DNA from: an uncultured Acidobacteriota bacterium | GTDB lineage: Bacteria; Acidobacteriota; Vicinamibacteria; Vicinamibacterales; CAVVIG01 | Direction: 5' to 3' | Assembly: GCA_963724725.1 (NCBI GenBank) | Contig: CAVRVT010000001.1 | Coordinates: forward strand, 942,407-1,006,406 | DNA: 64,000 bases | Shown: positions 36,843 to 46,098 of the stretch, piece by piece | Position numbering within the stretch: position 1 is the first letter of the stretch | Layout of the letters: each line of letters starts with the position of its first letter | The notes under the pieces: model-generated | Databases searched by the model: none | The model's input: only the letters and a program-made list of their open reading frames with translations | Told to the model about the DNA's origin: nothing | Position numbers and translations under genes: made by a program

Positions 36843-37541
36843 ATGGAACACCAGGTTGTGTCGCATGACGAATGGCTCGCCGCTCGCCGCAGGCTTCTCG
36901 AACAAGAGAAAGCGTTCACGCGACAAGGCGAGGAGATGAGTCGACTGCAGCGCGAGCTGCCGTGGGAACGTGTGACGAAGGAGTACGTCTTCGAAGGGTC
37001 GGCCGGCAGGGAGTCGCTGGCGGATCTGTTCGCCGGCCGCAGTCAGCTCATCGTGTACCACTTCATGTTCCATCCCGACGACCACGCCGGCTGCCCGCAC
37101 TGTTCCCTGCGTGCGGATGGCTTCGGCGGCATAGGCGTGCACCTGAATCATCGCGACACGACGATGGTCGTGGTGTCGCGAGCGGCGTACAGCAAGCTGG
37201 AGGCGTACCAGAAGCGGATGGGCTGGAACTTCAAGTGGGTTTCATCCGGCGGATCCGATTTCAACTTCGACTATCAGGCCTCGTTCACGCCGGAAGAGAT
37301 GGCGGAGAAGCGCGCGTTTTACAACTTCACGATGCGCGATCCACTTGCTCCGGAGCGAGAGGGCCACAGCATCTTCTATAAGGATCAGGCCGGCGCCGTC
37401 TTTCACACCTATTCGTGCTACGACCGCGGCAACGACAAGCTGAATCTGCACTACCACTATCTCGATCTGGTGCCGAACGGGCGTGATGAGGGCGGGCGCG
37501 GACCGTACTGGGTGCGGCGGAAGGACGAGTACGACCGTTAG
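36843..37541 (+). CDS. DUF899 thioredoxin-like family protein
   Basis: N-terminus MEHQVVSHDEWLAARRRLLEQEKAFTR and a CPHCS motif are typical of DUF899. Confidence 0.75.
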   Translation: MEHQVVSHDEWLAARRRLLEQEKAFTRQGEEMSRLQRELPWERVTKEYVFEGSAGRESLADLFAGRSQLIVYHFMFHPDDHAGCPHCSLRADGFGGIGVHLNHRDTTMVVVSRAAYSKLEAYQKRMGWNFKWVSSGGSDFNFDYQASFTPEEMAEKRAFYNFTMRDPLAPEREGHSIFYKDQAGAVFHTYSCYDRGNDKLNLHYHYLDLVPNGRDEGGRGPYWVRRKDEYDR

Positions 37542-37580
37542 CGGGTGGTGGCAGTCTATCCGGATTGGAGCCAGGCGGGC

Positions 37581-38186
37581 TCAGCCGGCGTCGTCTCCCG
37601 GGTCTGCTGCCAGCTCGCGGTAGAGAAACCCCTTCGCGAGTGCCCATTCGCGTTTGACCGTCGCCGGCGACACGCTCGCCACGAGCGCTGTTTCTTCCAC
37701 GGTCAGCCCTCCAAAGAATCGCAGCTCGACGATGCGGCCCTGGGCTGGATCGAGTTGCTCCAGCTTCCGTAGGGCGCGATCCAGGGCGAGGGCATCGACG
37801 GCGTCCACTGCCGGGACGTTGGCGACGGCCATCGCGTCGTTCAAGGTGACATGGACGGCGCGGCCGCCGCGTCGATCGCGCGCCACGTGCCGCGCGTGAT
37901 CGACAAGGATGCGCCGCATCAACTGCGCGGCGATGGCGAAGAAGTGCCCGCGGTTCTGCCAGTCCACGTCGCGCTGCGCGAACAGCTTGAGATAGGCCTC
38001 GTTGACGACGACGGTGGTCTGCAGGCGATCCGGCCGCCATTCGCGCGCGAGCTGGCGGGATGCCAGCGTGTGCAGTTCGTTGTAAACGATCGGAATCAGA
38101 CGGTCGAGTGCGTCACGACTGCCGTCCTGCCAGTCGCGAAGCATGCGCGTGATGTCCGCGGGTGGCGGAGGGGCGCTCCCGTCCAT
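37581..38186 (-). CDS. ECF sigma factor (Sigma70_ECF / TIGR02999-like type)
   Basis: ITRMLRDWQDGSRDALDRLIPIVYNELHTLASRQL and a C-terminal HTH (TVEETALVASVSPATVKREW). Confidence 0.85.
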   Translation of the reverse strand: MDGSAPPPPADITRMLRDWQDGSRDALDRLIPIVYNELHTLASRQLAREWRPDRLQTTVVVNEAYLKLFAQRDVDWQNRGHFFAIAAQLMRRILVDHARHVARDRRGGRAVHVTLNDAMAVANVPAVDAVDALALDRALRKLEQLDPAQGRIVELRFFGGLTVEETALVASVSPATVKREWALAKGFLYRELAADPGDDAG

Positions 38187-38288
38187 GGGTTACGGAGTTT
38201 AGTATGCGCGCCCCGCGACGGAAAATCGTCGAATCCGCGCCCTCGTCTCCGTTACAGATTGGCATGCGCGGCGCCTTGAGCCGGCTGC

Positions 38289-39461
38289 TTACTTATTGGC
38301 GTCCCGGATCTGCGCGATGAAGAGGTCGATATAACTTTCGAGTCCGCGTGTGACCGCTCCCGCGTGCGTGCCCGGAGCGCTGCTGCTGCCGATGCTGCCG
38401 CGATGCATGAGTGAGATCTGCACGAGGACCGGCTGATCGTGGTACGACAGCCTGGCGGTGCCGTGCGTGTAAAGGAACGCGTCGTAGCGTGAGACGCACG
38501 TTCCGGTCGGCAGACTGCTCGTCATCACGTTGACGTACACGTAGGTGTCCTCGTCGGAATTCTTCTTGACGGTGAGCCCGCCGTCGGCCAGACGCTTCGC
38601 GAGCGCGTTCTCGAGCGCATCGTGATTCAGTCCGCACGAAATGGCCTGGGAGCCGAGATCCTCGACGAGGATGCCGAGCGCGTTGAGCCCACGGAGCTCG
38701 GCGCCGGGCCGCGCGTCGAATTTCTCCGGCGTCGGCGCGCCGGGCGGCTGGCCGGAGCCTCCCTGCGGTGGTGCCGCGGGCGCGCTGGACTGCGCGGGAG
38801 CGCTCGACGTCGTGTCGGTTGCCACACCCGGTGCGTAGACGCGTCTGGCTTTGTCCGCGGCCCCCTTTTCCAGAAACTGCACCTCGACGACGAGTTGCGA
38901 CGGATTGGACGAGTGCGAATACGTGTAGCGAACGGTGCGTCCCTGCTCGATGTCGTACACCGTGACGAGTTGATCGCCGTCCCGCTTCGTCGTGGCGACG
39001 AAGGGCACGCCCTGGATTTCGATCGACTCGGGTCTGCCAGTCGGGTGAAGCGTTCTCGATTGACCGAGCTCGTTCGTGATGGTCACCGCACCCGGCGTGT
39101 CGACCACCATCAGGCGCGTCGGAGGATTTCGCGCCTCTCCGGTCACGAACTGAAGACGCCGCGCATCCTCGGAACTCTCGCGAGGCACCGAGTTGGGTCC
39201 TGCGGAGCTGCGGCTGCCGCCACTGCCACTGGATCCCCGACGTCCACGTCCACTACTGGCGTTCGATCCCGATGGCTGGCCGGCGTCACCGGACGGGGGC
39301 AGCCAGTCGACGTTGAATCCAATTTCGCGCGGGAGGTCGCTGAGCGACCGGTTGAGCGTCCACACGCCCGCAAGGGGCGACGAGTCCTGTGCGCACGCCG
39401 CCGCCGGGCGCAGTGCCGCGACGCCGAGCGCGACCGCAACCAATGCAGAAAGCTTTTTCAT
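38289..39461 (-). CDS. Secreted hypothetical protein with Gly/Ser/Arg-rich and Pro/Ala-rich linkers
   Basis: ATG 39461 gives the signal peptide MKKLSALVAVALGVAAL. There are two globular parts separated by low-complexity linkers. The upstream part of the track ORF was rejected. Confidence 0.55.
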   Translation of the reverse strand: MKKLSALVAVALGVAALRPAAACAQDSSPLAGVWTLNRSLSDLPREIGFNVDWLPPSGDAGQPSGSNASSGRGRRGSSGSGGSRSSAGPNSVPRESSEDARRLQFVTGEARNPPTRLMVVDTPGAVTITNELGQSRTLHPTGRPESIEIQGVPFVATTKRDGDQLVTVYDIEQGRTVRYTYSHSSNPSQLVVEVQFLEKGAADKARRVYAPGVATDTTSSAPAQSSAPAAPPQGGSGQPPGAPTPEKFDARPGAELRGLNALGILVEDLGSQAISCGLNHDALENALAKRLADGGLTVKKNSDEDTYVYVNVMTSSLPTGTCVSRYDAFLYTHGTARLSYHDQPVLVQISLMHRGSIGSSSAPGTHAGAVTRGLESYIDLFIAQIRDANK

Positions 39462-39564
39462 GTGCGTCACCTTCACGGTAGCACGTCGGCACGTCCCCCG
39501 GATTGTGACGTGTCCGTGAAACCGACCTTGAACACCCGCGGTGGTGGCGGCAATAATCGCGCGC

Positions 39565-40905
39565 ATGAGCCGGCGAACCGCATTCGGCCTGATCGTGGTG
39601 CTGGCAGCGACCGCGCTGCACGCGCAGATTCCGCCGTCAACGTACCCGGCGCGACGTGCGGCGGCGCTGTCGCGCATCGGCACCGATGTTCTGGTCGTCC
39701 CGTCTCGCGCATCTTTCCTGGCTGACGATCAGCTTGGCTACCTGCAGGCGCCGGATTTTCAGTACCTGACCGGGCTCGACGAGCTGATTGGCGCGGTGCT
39801 CGTTCTCGACGGCGCGGGCAACTCGTCCACGCTCTTCATTCAGCCGCGAAATCCCTTGCTCACGCGCGCCCCGATCGTACCGGGCGCTGAATTCGCAGGC
39901 CGGCTGCAGCTGTCAGACGTGCGACCGGTTGATGCCCTCGAGCCGTGGTTGCGCGATCGACTGACGCAGGGAGCAACCACCGTGCATGTGGCGGCAACCG
40001 ATGCGCGCCAGCCGGTGCGGTCCCCACTGCCGATGGCGGGATCGGTGCTGCGATGGCAGGCATGGCTCACCTCGCTGGGCGCCGCGAAAGTGACGTCGGC
40101 GATCGACGTGTTGCGCCCGCTGCGCGACGTCAAGGACGGCGCCGAGTTGGCGATCCTGCGCCGGGTGGGGAACACGAGCGGCAAGGCGATGATGGCGGGT
40201 CTGCAGGCGCTGGCGCCCGGCAAGTGGCAGCACGAAACGGAGCTCGCGGTGCTGAACGCCTGCCACGCCGCTGGCGCACGCGGCGTTTCGTTCTGGCCGT
40301 GGACGATGAGCGGACCGAATGCGGATTTCGCCACGCTCTGGAATTCGTTCGTCGCCTACGACCACGTCGATCGTCAGATGAGGGCCGGCGAAGTCGTGCG
40401 CGTCGACGTGGGTTGTCAAGTGGACCACTACATGGGCGACGTCGGCCGAACCGCGCCCGTGTCGGGAACGTTTACGCCTGGCCAGCGCGAAGCCTGGGAT
40501 CTCTTCATCGCCGGTTACCGCGCCGGTCTCGGTGGCCTTCGCGACGGCCTCCGCGCACGCGCCGTGTACGACGAAGCGCTCGCAGAAATCCGTCGGCGCG
40601 CGTCGTCGCTGTCGACGCCGCAGGGCAGACGCGCGGCCGAGATCCTGCTGGGCCCCAAGGGCACGGACGCCTGGGAACTGCACGGCGTCGGACTCGACGA
40701 TGCCGAAGGGCTGCCTGAAACGCTGCGCGCCGGAATGACCGTGGCGTACGAGCTGATGTTCACGGTCGACGGCGACGGCTTCTATCTCGAGGACATGATC
40801 GCCATCAAGAACGACGGATACGAGATGCTGACACCGGGCCTGCCCTACACGGCGCGCGAGATCGAGGCGTCGATGGCAAGGCGCGCTCCAGCCCGCAGCA
40901 GATAG
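39565..40905 (+). CDS. M24-family Xaa-Pro aminopeptidase, secreted
   Basis: Signal peptide from ATG 39565. Pita-bread metal-ligand region (VRVDVGCQVDHYMGDVGRT.., ELHGVGL, YELMFT). Confidence 0.8.
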   Translation: MSRRTAFGLIVVLAATALHAQIPPSTYPARRAAALSRIGTDVLVVPSRASFLADDQLGYLQAPDFQYLTGLDELIGAVLVLDGAGNSSTLFIQPRNPLLTRAPIVPGAEFAGRLQLSDVRPVDALEPWLRDRLTQGATTVHVAATDARQPVRSPLPMAGSVLRWQAWLTSLGAAKVTSAIDVLRPLRDVKDGAELAILRRVGNTSGKAMMAGLQALAPGKWQHETELAVLNACHAAGARGVSFWPWTMSGPNADFATLWNSFVAYDHVDRQMRAGEVVRVDVGCQVDHYMGDVGRTAPVSGTFTPGQREAWDLFIAGYRAGLGGLRDGLRARAVYDEALAEIRRRASSLSTPQGRRAAEILLGPKGTDAWELHGVGLDDAEGLPETLRAGMTVAYELMFTVDGDGFYLEDMIAIKNDGYEMLTPGLPYTAREIEASMARRAPARSR

Positions 40906-41038
40906 TAACCTGACGCTCGCACGTCACCGTAAGACTCGGAACCTCCCCAGCACCGCGACCGCGACGTTCTCCGGCAGTGCGCACGGGTCCTCGTGATCCT
41001 GCAGCCTCCCCAGCTGCCCACCAAGCAACTCGATCCGT

Positions 41039-41452
41039 TCAGTCGGCGCGATCGCGCGACCGAACTTCCTGAAGCGCCAAGAGCAGGGCTCCCGCCGACG
41101 CCGAGAAGACTGAGTAGTCCAGCGGTGACTTGGGTCCGTCGGCGAACGCCATCGCCGTAGCGAACCATGCGAGCAGTAGTGCGCTGCCGATGGCGGCCCA
41201 TTTCACTTGCACGCCGGCAATCAGCAGGACGCCGAGCGACGTCTCGACAATCGTCGCCGCCCAGGCGACAAGCGGCATCGCTGACGCCGGCATGAACGGG
41301 TTGAGCTCGGCGGTGCGCTCGATGAAGTGCGTAAATTTGCTCCAGTCGAGGTGACCGTTCCAGAGCCCGAAGCGTCCCGCAACCGCTGAAAGAAACGCCG
41401 CGCCGATGGCGACCCGCGCGTAACGCGCCGCCCACCGTTCCCAATCGAGCAT
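41039..41452 (-). CDS. DoxX-family membrane protein
   Basis: 137 aa from ATG 41452 with four hydrophobic helices in a DoxX-like arrangement. Confidence 0.6.
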   Translation of the reverse strand: MLDWERWAARYARVAIGAAFLSAVAGRFGLWNGHLDWSKFTHFIERTAELNPFMPASAMPLVAWAATIVETSLGVLLIAGVQVKWAAIGSALLLAWFATAMAFADGPKSPLDYSVFSASAGALLLALQEVRSRDRAD

Positions 41453-41468
41453 GCGAGGGGCCACCGCA

Positions 41469-41915
41469 CTACCGCCCTTCATCCGCGGCGCCCGCGGGGA
41501 CCGTAAGCGGTGTCCGACGATCGCAGACGAAGTACGCGAGGAACCGCGCCGGCTTGTCCTGACTCGCATTTGCGGAGACGACGTGGACGTCACTCGGCGT
41601 TTCGAAGAACGTGTCGCCGGGCGCATAGATCTTTTCAGGCTGTCCCTTCACCTGCATGCGGAGGCGGCCTTCGAGAACGTAGCCGATGACGGGACACGGG
41701 TGGCGGTGCGCGGTGTTGGCGCCTCCGGGGTCATACGTCACTTCCACGACCGTCGCTTCGAGATGCTTGCCGTCGAGCGCCGGCAGCGCGTGCGTGGCCG
41801 CAACGCGCGATCGGTCCGCCTTCTCCTGAGCCGAGGTTGCCGTATTAAAGAGCGCGTGCATGCCGATCGTCACCGTGGCGGCGGCAGCAACGTATGCGAG
41901 GCGTGCGAACGTCAT
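41469..41915 (-). CDS. Secreted cupin-domain protein
   Basis: GGAGGA lies 5 nt upstream of ATG 41915. Signal peptide and cupin motifs (HRHPCPVIGYVLEG.., GDTFFETPSDVH). Confidence 0.7.
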   Translation of the reverse strand: MTFARLAYVAAAATVTIGMHALFNTATSAQEKADRSRVAATHALPALDGKHLEATVVEVTYDPGGANTAHRHPCPVIGYVLEGRLRMQVKGQPEKIYAPGDTFFETPSDVHVVSANASQDKPARFLAYFVCDRRTPLTVPAGAADEGR

Positions 41916-41974
41916 CGTGTCCTCCGTTCTCACGGCAGGTTACGGCGAATCTGGACTATCGAGAAGGACCATTC

Positions 41975-43477
41975 ATGATATTTTCACTGGACCACTTCAT
42001 GAAGGAGCGCGACGCGAGCGTCACGCTGGCCGCACTGCCCCCTAAGGAGGGCGCGACCGCACACCGGTGGCTTTGCACCACGTTGCGGAGCGCTATTCTG
42101 GAGGGCCGGCTTCGTCCCGGCGCCAGGCTGCTCGCGACACGTGAGCTGGCGAAGCAGTATCGCTTGTCGCGCGGCACGGTCGTCACGGCGTTCGAGCAGA
42201 TGAAGGCCGAGGGATACATCATCGCGCGCTCGGGATCGGGCACCTACGTCAACACCGTGCTCCCCGATTCTCTGCTCGAAATCGCCACCGAAACACGAGC
42301 GACACGCGACGTGCGGCCGCACCCGCCGCGTCATCTCTCGCAGCTCGCCCGCCGCTTGCGCCCGTTTCCGTTGCCGTCCGCGCACCGAACCCGCGCGTTC
42401 CGGGCCAATCAGCCAGCGCTCGACCTGTTTCCGATGACGCTGTGGGCGCAGCTGGCCGGCCGGCGCCTGCGGCGCGCGTCCATCGATTTACTGCGAGGCT
42501 GCGATCCCTCGGGCTACCTGCCGCTTCGGAAAGCGGTCGCCGACTACCTTCAACGCTCTCGCGGCGTCGTCTGCGTTCCCGAACAGGTGGCCATCGTTTC
42601 CGGCGTGCAGGAGGCGCTCGACCTCGTCGCGCGTCTGTTTCTCAATCCCGGCGATGGCGTGTGCATGGAGAACCCCGGATACATCGGCGCGGCGCTCACG
42701 TTCGAGGCGCACGGCGCCAGCGTGTCGGGTTTGCCGATCGATAGCGAAGGCATGGTGCTGCCGGCTCGGAGCAGGCAGAACGTGCGGCTCGTCTACGTGA
42801 CGCCGGCCCACCAGTTTCCCGTTGGCGTGAGCATGAGTCTCCCCAGGCGACTTGCCCTCATTGAGTGGGCGCGGAGTGCCGGTGCGCTGGTTATTGAAGA
42901 TGACTACGACAGCGAATACCGCTATTCAGGCGCGCCGGTGCCTGCACTGCAGGGCCTGGATCGCCATGGGCTGGTTCTGTATGCCGGCAGCTTCAGCAAG
43001 GTGCTCTTTCCGTCGATTCGCCTCGGTTACGTCGTCGTCCCACAGGATCTGGTGGACAGAGTCTCGGCGCTGAAATCCGTCGCGAGTCGATTCGCGCCTC
43101 TGCTCGATCAGGCGGTCCTCACCGATTTCATCACCGAAGGCCACTTCAGCCGCCACGTCCGACGGATGCGAGCCGTATACGCGGAACGGCTGTCGGTGCT
43201 CGTCGAGAGCGCGCGACAGTCACTCGGCGGATTGCTCGAGATTTCCCATGTCGAAGCCGGTTTGCAGACGACAGCGTGGCTGCAAAAAGGGATGAATGCC
43301 ATGGCCGCGGCAGCGGCGGCCGATCGAGGGAACGTCGAAGTGATTCCGCTCAGTCGTTATGCCCGGCGTCCGCTCGAACGCGAGGGGCTGGTGCTCGGCT
43401 TTGCCGCGGTCGGTGTCGAGGAAATCCGCCGCGGTGTCCGCGAACTGCGCACCGCGCTCGAAGCGCAGGTCACTTGA
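41975..43477 (+). CDS. MocR-type regulator (GntR HTH fused to a PLP aminotransferase-like domain)
   Basis: GntR wHTH (RLLATRELAKQYRLSRGTVVTAFEQM) and a fold-type-I domain with PLP lysine motif SFSKVLFPSIRLGY. Confidence 0.9.
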   Translation: MIFSLDHFMKERDASVTLAALPPKEGATAHRWLCTTLRSAILEGRLRPGARLLATRELAKQYRLSRGTVVTAFEQMKAEGYIIARSGSGTYVNTVLPDSLLEIATETRATRDVRPHPPRHLSQLARRLRPFPLPSAHRTRAFRANQPALDLFPMTLWAQLAGRRLRRASIDLLRGCDPSGYLPLRKAVADYLQRSRGVVCVPEQVAIVSGVQEALDLVARLFLNPGDGVCMENPGYIGAALTFEAHGASVSGLPIDSEGMVLPARSRQNVRLVYVTPAHQFPVGVSMSLPRRLALIEWARSAGALVIEDDYDSEYRYSGAPVPALQGLDRHGLVLYAGSFSKVLFPSIRLGYVVVPQDLVDRVSALKSVASRFAPLLDQAVLTDFITEGHFSRHVRRMRAVYAERLSVLVESARQSLGGLLEISHVEAGLQTTAWLQKGMNAMAAAAAADRGNVEVIPLSRYARRPLEREGLVLGFAAVGVEEIRRGVRELRTALEAQVT

Positions 43478-44330
43478 TCGAACGAGTGTCGACGAGAAAA
43501 GTGATGCCGCCGCTGATGGTGGTCCCCGCGCCATTTTCCGGCGTCGTTCCGATCGTCTGACCGAGCGAACCGTAGACGCCGATCTGTGGCGAGAGCAGAT
43601 ACGACGCGCCGCCGGATAGTTCCAGGCGGTCGCGCGCGAGCCCGTCAGCGCCGGTCGAAGCCCACGATCGCGTGATTGCAGCGGACACGCCCACCCGAGG
43701 CGTGGCCTGTACACCTGTCCCCGCGCCGATGAACCACGCACTCCCCGTGAAGAAACCCGTTGACGCATAGAGCCGCGCCGAACCGCGACTCACCTCTGCG
43801 CTCACGGGCAGACCAAACTGCAGTCGTCCCTCACCGGGCAGGAGGGCCGCCGTGGCGCCCGCTCCAAGGATTCTCACCATCGGCGCCACCGCGAGCTTCA
43901 CCGCGGAGGCGTCGCCGAGAAGGGCGATCTTGCCGCTGATGTAGGACGTGCCGACGCCGCCGACCGGGCCGCCGGCCTCGCTACTGCCCACGACTCGTGG
44001 GACGCTGACGCCCAGCTGAAGGCGAGGCGTAACTGCGATGGCCACGTCGGCGACCGGAACGTCCACTTCGCTCAGATCGCTCCCCGACCACCGCATCGCC
44101 GAAATCGTCAGGGACATCGATCCCGCCGGCAGCAACGTCGCATCATCCAGCCACGCGATCGGCGAGGCCCCGGTGATTGGCGCCGCCGCCGCCGTGGGCA
44201 GTGGACTTTCGCTGGGCGCGGCGCTCTTATGTCCCTTTCCCTGGCTGTTTCCCTGCGCGTGGACGCTGCTCGCCGTTGTGACGAGCAGCGCTGCCGCCAG
44301 CGCGAACGCCGCACGACCGCATGCACTCAC
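43470..44330 (-). CDS. Putative outer-membrane beta-barrel protein
   Basis: Signal peptide (..SSVHAQG) and Gly/Ser/Ala-rich alternating strands. Weak family assignment. Confidence 0.45.
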   Translation of the reverse strand: MSACGRAAFALAAALLVTTASSVHAQGNSQGKGHKSAAPSESPLPTAAAAPITGASPIAWLDDATLLPAGSMSLTISAMRWSGSDLSEVDVPVADVAIAVTPRLQLGVSVPRVVGSSEAGGPVGGVGTSYISGKIALLGDASAVKLAVAPMVRILGAGATAALLPGEGRLQFGLPVSAEVSRGSARLYASTGFFTGSAWFIGAGTGVQATPRVGVSAAITRSWASTGADGLARDRLELSGGASYLLSPQIGVYGSLGQTIGTTPENGAGTTISGGITFLVDTRSIK

Positions 44331-44821
44331 TTTTTCGAGCCGTCGAGGTCGTGGTCAGCGGCGACCTGTGCTCTGCGTGCTTCGTCGGTCGAATGCGCGG
44401 TGGGTTTCAGATCCTGAATGGACTGTCCGAGACTGAGGTGCTTGTCGACCATGTCGCTTTTCAAGGAGGCGAATGGAATCCCCAGATTCCGCGACACGTG
44501 CAGGGCCGCGATGAACTGCCCCTGATTCTTGAAGCCGAACGACGCCTGCTCGAGCGTCATCCCTCTCGGCAAGAGCGCCGTGACTTTGCCGTTCAGTTGC
44601 GGCTTCGCGGCAATCTTCGTCGCGATCGGATTGGGCGGCAGCGTGTGCGTTGGCGTGGGTCTCGTCGTGGCCGCTTTCGGTCCCGCCTGCGCATGTCCCG
44701 CTTGCGCATGTCCCGGCGCGCTCGAAGAATTGCCGTGCTGATCGGCGTAGGCTGGTGTCAGAGTCAGGATTGCACACGTTGCGCAGGCAAATGCCGTCCA
44801 TGTGAAACGCATGGCACACAC
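44327..44821 (-). CDS. Secreted hypothetical protein with His/Ala/Gln-rich N-terminal segment
   Basis: Signal peptide ..LTPAYA and a duplicated GHAQAG encoded by a 15-bp tandem duplication. 4-nt overlap with the downstream gene. Confidence 0.5.
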   Translation of the reverse strand: MCAMRFTWTAFACATCAILTLTPAYADQHGNSSSAPGHAQAGHAQAGPKAATTRPTPTHTLPPNPIATKIAAKPQLNGKVTALLPRGMTLEQASFGFKNQGQFIAALHVSRNLGIPFASLKSDMVDKHLSLGQSIQDLKPTAHSTDEARRAQVAADHDLDGSKK

Positions 44822-44979
44822 CTCCTGACTGGTGTGCGTAGCAAAGCTCGTACCGGAGGTGAGCTTGCGAGATGAGCTTGCGAACGGTCGAGAAATTCGT
44901 CGAAGTTGAGCTTTCCAGGCGAGAGCACGCGACGATTCTGTGTCGCTCTTACACTCTCGCTCTCACCCAATTCACCATT

Positions 44980-45007
44980 CCCAATCCCCAATCCGCAATC
45001 CGCAATC
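44980..45007. repeat. Four tandem heptamers (CCCAATC x2, CGCAATC x2)
   Basis: Read directly from the sequence. The last unit overlaps the stop codon of the K+ channel gene. Confidence 0.9.
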
Positions 45008-45962
45008 AGACGGTGTCCGGCGCGTCGACGCGCTCGTAATCGTGCAGCCTTCCGAGATCGATCGCGATGTGATCGGTGTCGCCGAGATACATGTCGCGGA
45101 AGCGCGCGCCCCAGACGATGTCGTTCTTGTCGTAGCTCGTTTTCGCATGCACTGTCTGCGCGAACGTTTCATCGTCCGCGCTGATGAGGCACACGACCTC
45201 AGGGTCGGTCGCGGCCAATGTCGCCATCGACTGTCCGTGGAACGGGCTGCGTTCGCCAATCGGATGGACGATGACCCAGTGCAGGGGCATGAAGATGATC
45301 GACTGGCGTTCGAGCGTCAGCAGGTCGAAGCGACGATGGCGTACGCCGTTCGCGTCTTCGACCCATCGCGCGAACGAGACGACCGCATGAACATCCGTGA
45401 GATGGTGATTGCGGAGGTTGACGAGCCGGAACATCAGCGCCCACCCGTTTCCGTACGGCGCGATGATGGCGTTCCGGCTGAACTCGATCTTCGCCGTCGG
45501 CCGCGTGAACCGTGCGAAGAGGAGCGCGCTCAGGATTGCGAAACCAAGGAGTCCGACCAGCGCTTCGAGCGCGACGAGAAGGTTCGCGGTCCGCGTGTTC
45601 GGCACCAGCCGCCCGTAGCCGATCGTGGCAAGCGTCTGCACGCTGAAGAAGAGACAGTCTTCAAAGCGCCCGAGCGCCGACGTCGCGGTTCCCTGGAGCG
45701 CGGCGGGACCGGCGAGCCAATACAAGACTGCGAACAGCACGTTCGCGACGACGTAGCCGCCCGCCATCAGGCCGAGAAGCCGCGGAATCGGCAGCGAGAG
45801 CAGCGTGTGATACGCGTTGTACGGATGAAACGGGCTCAGGTCGTTGCGGCGGACGTTGAAGCTGCCGTCGTGGTTGACGAGCCGAGCGCGGGTGCGCTCG
45901 GACATCTTTCCGCCGAGGCCGAGATCCTGGCTTAACTGTTCCGGCGGGGCCGATTCGGGCAC
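45006..45962 (-). CDS. Inward-rectifier-type potassium channel (KirBac-like)
   Basis: Selectivity filter TIGYG (VQTLATIGYGRL), two flanking TM helices and a beta-rich cytoplasmic C-terminal domain. Confidence 0.85.
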   Translation of the reverse strand: MPESAPPEQLSQDLGLGGKMSERTRARLVNHDGSFNVRRNDLSPFHPYNAYHTLLSLPIPRLLGLMAGGYVVANVLFAVLYWLAGPAALQGTATSALGRFEDCLFFSVQTLATIGYGRLVPNTRTANLLVALEALVGLLGFAILSALLFARFTRPTAKIEFSRNAIIAPYGNGWALMFRLVNLRNHHLTDVHAVVSFARWVEDANGVRHRRFDLLTLERQSIIFMPLHWVIVHPIGERSPFHGQSMATLAATDPEVVCLISADDETFAQTVHAKTSYDKNDIVWGARFRDMYLGDTDHIAIDLGRLHDYERVDAPDTV

Positions 45963-46098
45963 GGTCGACGTGTCCGTATTCTACCGCCCGCTCGACGCCG
46001 AAAGACTTCCGGCCCTCTGTCCTACACCGCTGAGGCCCGACGACCGTGCCGCTCGGCATGCGAGCGTCAGTGGCCGTCGGCGTCAGACGGAGAAGCCT

